Assembly: GCA_001643675.2 (NCBI GenBank)
Contig: LSRY02000027.1
Location: forward strand, 806,001 to 870,000
Direction of reading: 5' to 3'
Source: Monocercomonoides exilis PA203
Lineage: Eukaryota; Protista; Preaxostyla
Length of the DNA: 64,000 nucleotides
A program made the position numbers and the translations under genes. A model generated the notes under the pieces. That model worked only from the letters and a program-made list of their open reading frames with translations. It had not been told where the DNA came from and did not search any database. Shown here in pieces: positions 59,592 to 64,000 of this stretch; within the stretch, counting starts at the first letter, position 1; each line of letters opens with the position of its first letter.

Positions 59592-62500
59592 TTAATGAAA
59601 TTGTGAACCATTGGATAAAGCGAAGTTAAACAGCTGTCTCCCTCTTAAAGCCCAGAACAAAATTGTTGACAACAATGGAACAGATGCTGATGTCCGTGGA
59701 AAAACACAGCAAAGCCCAAGTGCCACCGTGGAGTATGCTATCAACGGCTTCATAACTCCCTTCAGTGATGCCTTCCTCTCTCTTCTCCTCTCCATTTTCA
59801 CTGCAACAAAGACTCTCAACCTCATCGCTGTCGATATAAAAAGCACTGAAAATGATAATCATTTTTCGATTTCTTTTTTGTTTCTTCAATTATCTCTTCT
59901 AATTTTGATTATTTTCCAAATAACTGAAAAACTTTTGTGCCTTCTAAACATTTTTATTTGAGGAAAGCGGCATCGCTTATTCTATCAAAGAGCCCAAAAT
60001 CAGCTCCGGAAATAATATATCTTTGTCATTTCTTCATCCAATTTCTTCTTTTCATCAAATGAAAACAAAACTCGTTGCTTAAATGAATGTTTTCAATTAT
60101 TCTTTTCTTTAAATAGCATTTCTTCAAGCATATCAACAAGTTCTTCAAAACTCTCAATTTCTTTTGTTATTCCCATTTCACTTTTTTTGTCCGCTGCAGA
60201 GGCACTTATTTCATAGAATTATCCTTCGATTATTGATTTTCCTATAAATCGCTTTATCTTATTGTTTCATCTTCGATGACTCATTAAAAGTGTATCGCAT
60301 TGTGAAATCTCTCGAAGATCATCCACATAATCGTTCATTCCAAATGTTGTTTTCTGCCCTGCTCCTTCTGTTTTCTGTGAATTCTTCAAAATTCCAAATA
60401 AATAATGTAGATTTGATCTTCATGGATTGTGCACCCGATGATCAGCTTTTCTTGGTTTAATATAGTTCTCTCATTTTCAAATAACTTCAGCTTGCATTCT
60501 ATGTTAGAAGAAACGATTATCTGTGCTTCTGAATGTGAATGAAAGTGAGGAACGATGTCGAATTCGAGGGGAGTTGAATGAAAGAGAAGGAGACGAAGAT
60601 AGAGCAGGAAGTGAGAGTAGAGAAAGAGAGCCAGGATCAGCAAGACTAGCAGAAGATAGAAGTTAAGCTTGGGACTGCAGTGAAGGAGATAAAGATGTTC
60701 TGAGAGAAGAAGAAGATTGAAGTTGGATGTTCATAAAAAAGGTTGAATCGACAAGTGAAGAGGTGCAACGAGAAAGAGGATGAAGAGCAATGTTCACATT
60801 AGAAGCGAAATCAGCACATAATTAAAGGGCACAATCAAAGTGAGCGCAGGGCGTTTCTGCATCAGATCCATTGCCATTGAATTCTGCGAAGCGAAGTGAG
60901 ACGCCAACTTTGAGAACGACAGCGAAGAAAACAGTTTTGATAGCACATCTCTTTTTCCGGGTACGCTACTCTGGCTGAATGTTCTTATCCATTTCTCTTT
61001 CAGAAACAACAAAGATGATCCTTTCCCTGTCCCTTTCCTTCTCTTTCCGTGCGTCACGTCTGCGTTGTCTTCTTCATACAGCCAGCCATCCCCTGTACCT
61101 ATGCTCCACCAGTCGTCTTCAAAAAACTCTTCCTCTCTTATTCTGAATACTGTCAGTATTTCCTGCAGCTTCTTCTCCCGTACGTCATCTTCTATATCTT
61201 CATCAATTCCAGTCAAGTTGCAAACTTCTGCCTTCTTCTTCCTGTTTTTAGGTTTTGATATGTTTTTTATTTTCTTTGTTTTTGAAACAACTGGTTTGGG
61301 ATTATTAATTGAATCCTCCAAAATCTCTTCTTCGTTTTCATCGTTGTTCTTGCAGTCATCTTCTTCATCCTCATCATTCGTGTTATCTTCATCGCCTTCA
61401 TCTTTTTTCTTGTTTCCACAACCCCAAACTCTTCCATATTCCCTCCTCATTCTCCTTCTCTTCCTCATCTCCTCCTCCCTCGCTTCAATTCCAATAAACA
61501 TAGACTTTACCTTTTCCTCCAGCTCAGAATCCAGTCATCTCCTCTGCTCTTCTTCGATCTTGGCCATCTCATTCGCCAGCACTTCCTCGGATTTCCTCCG
61601 CTCCTCCGCTTCTTTTGTCTTTCGTATTCCCTCTTTCTCTCCTTTCAGAATCCCATTCCCTTCTTCTCCTCTTTCTCCTCCTCACCACCAATCATCCAAA
61701 TCCCCTGGCTCGCTGCATATGCTGCGTTGTTCAGAAGGATGCTCCGCGGCCCAAAAACATCCCTCTAGGCTGACGTGCTCCTTCTCGCAAACACATTTGT
61801 ATTGTATAATCTGTTCTTTCCAAGAATCGCTAAAGGAATCTGCAGCGAGAACGAAGAGAAAGAAGAAGGAGATGAAGAAGTGGAGCTTTGTCCAGTTGTG
61901 TAGAAGGACTTCTGTGTAAGTGATGAGGTGTCTGTGGTGGGATGCAATGGAGCGCCAGCAAGAACAGAAGTGGCAGATAATTTGGTGCAGGGCAAGTTAA
62001 AAAAAAAGAAGTGGTGGCAATTGTCGAGGAGGCTGTGGTGTTTTGAGTGTTCAACTGAGCCGATGAGAGTGTGCTGTCGAACGAGCAAAAAAACTGCTGC
62101 TGTTCATCATGATCATCACCTCCTTCTTCTTCTCTTCCTCTTCCCCTTCTTTTTTTGTTGCTGCTTGTTCAAGTCTTGTTTCGAAAGTGTCTTTATGTGA
62201 TGTAGTTATCTTGTTATTCTCGTTCTTCATCATCTTCTTCTTTGGCATTTCCTGCTGTCTCCCTTTCCTCTGCTCTGCACTCAACTAACTTCTGAGCTCA
62301 GCGGTCTTTGCCTCTTCTCTTTGAACATGCGCTTCTCTCTCTTCGCTTCTTGGTATTGTCAATGAGCGAGAAGATGTGCGCAATGAGCCAAACAGCTCCT
62401 CCCCCCTTCCGTTGCCATTTTTCATGTGACGCCCATTCACCTCATTCACTCCGTTCAGCACAGCCTGATTGTGGAATCCGTACGAAGTGCTGAAGCAGAG
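59592..62500 (-). CDS. Probable fragmented or multi-exon gene(s) of unknown function (acidic/Lys-rich)
   Basis: Several minus-strand coding-like ORFs (60794..61501, 62051..62284, 59592..59846) in GC-richer sequence; exon structure not resolved. Confidence 0.35.
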
Positions 62501-62917
62501 CTGAATGTACTACTGCAAAAAAGGAAAACAGTTCAGATGTGTATTCAGCAAAGCTGCAGAATGCATCGATAACGAAGATGATGATGTTGAGAGAAAAGAA
62601 ACAGAATAATGAAATTTTCAGTTCAATTTTGTAGCTCTGTTAAATGACTCTAACATATGAATCAAAATGTCGATGATCTGATTCATCAGAATGTGAGAGA
62701 AATCAACAAAGAAAATATTAAAGAAGTTGAGAGAATGAAAAGACGCAGAAGAAGATGAAGGCGTGGTGATTGAGAGATGTGAAATCAGTCGAACGATATT
62801 TCCGAAGAAAAATATGAATTCAATGTGATGTTTTCATTAAATGCAAGATCGTATAAAGCAAGTTGACTCCACAAGAAGGTAATTATTCAAATTGCAAATA
62901 TTTTGGCTGATGTTCTG

Positions 62918-63716
62918 TTATTCTTCAATCAAGTTGGATTTCATCAAAGTCAATTCACTAACTGTTTGCGATTTCCTCTTCTTTCGCTTCAAAAATAGAA
63001 AATGCAAATCTCTCTCAATTTCCTTTCCTTTCCATTTCCATCTTCCATTCAGCTCACAAAATTCTCTGAAAATATCAATACCCTCCTTTTCTTCATCTTT
63101 CCCATTCTCTTTCATAAAATCTTCTTCTCTTGCAATAAATATCCCTCTTCCATTTGAATATTTCACAATTGTCCTCTTCTTTCCCGCCTTTGCCCTCTTT
63201 TCCTTCTCTTCGAAATCCATTTCTCAAATCAACAATAAACACGTCCCTCGTCATCCTCAACCACTTCTCTATATGTTTTCTATATATTATTCTCTAAATC
63301 TCCACCTGCTCTTCCCCACCCATTTGTCTCCAAATTTCTTCCATTCAAAAATCTCTCCCGAAATATAAATATTCAAAAATATCCTCAACTTCCACCCCCT
63401 TCCACAAATAATCCTCTTCCATCTCCTCTCTGCCCCATATCCCTCCTGCACATGGTGTTGATGAGATAAACACAAAATACTGTCTGGATGTCTGAAAACA
63501 TTTTTTAAGGGGTAGATCATAACATAAATAGAAAAAACACCTCTGGACATCCACCACAATGTGTACAGGCTGAGAAGACCATTCCAATGGGATATATGCA
63601 ATATATTGTGGAGATTTATTCCGAGCCGCAATTTGACCACTCTTCGGTTGAAGCTGAAGAGTGTTTTTTTTTTTTTTTTGAATGATAATGGCTGTGGAAA
63701 TGAGTGTGTTTGGCAA
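62918..63716 (-). CDS. Possible coding fragments of unknown function
   Basis: ORFs 62918..63220 and 63345..63716 with Glu/Lys/Trp-rich coding-like bias. Confidence 0.3.
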
Positions 63717-64000
63717 AAAACAGTCGAAGGGCAGTTTGGTATTATTTTATTTTTATTTATATGAATATTTATCTGTTGAATGTTTTTGTGTTGTTTTCAG
63801 GGCAACAGACGGTAAAGAATGAAAATGAATAAAAGCTTTATATCTCGTAATGCAAGGTGACCATAAAGTTGAGCCAGCAGATTCATATGGAAAGTGGGAA
63901 TGATAGATGGATTGAGAAGGAAATAAGAGCTGTTAATTTCTGAAGAAAAACAATCTGTTTAAAATCGAGAAAGATGGAACTGAACGGAAGGCAAAAACAT

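Overview
Eukaryotic, AT-rich intergenic and Ser-rich coding sequence in the standard genetic code, with short GT-AG introns. The gene families resemble those of the oxymonad Monocercomonoides; this is my recognition, not a verified match. The first ~39.5 kb is one giant palindrome: left arm 1-18450, a 94-bp spacer at 18451-18544, and right arm 18545-39505, running off the window's left edge. Each arm carries a PAN2 deadenylase-like gene and a ~4,100-aa single-pass receptor-like gene. That gene has a signal-peptide exon, a Cys/Gly-rich beta-helix ectodomain of 8 modules, a TM helix and a truncated TKL-like pseudokinase tail. The arms show no visible substitutions over ~9 kb, but diverge next to the spacer, in the outer parts, and sharply in one ~380-bp cassette at the receptor N-terminus. 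A third paralog (47488-54299) has a very divergent 3-module ectodomain but a nearly identical cytoplasmic tail, giving a variable-ectodomain/constant-tail family. The right arm also holds a degenerate pogo-type DDE transposon and nested ~260-bp MITEs. The left arm lost 2.5 kb of this cluster by recombination between MITE ends. The right end of the window has poorly resolvable low-complexity or multi-exon genes and a pseudogene hit by the same MITE.
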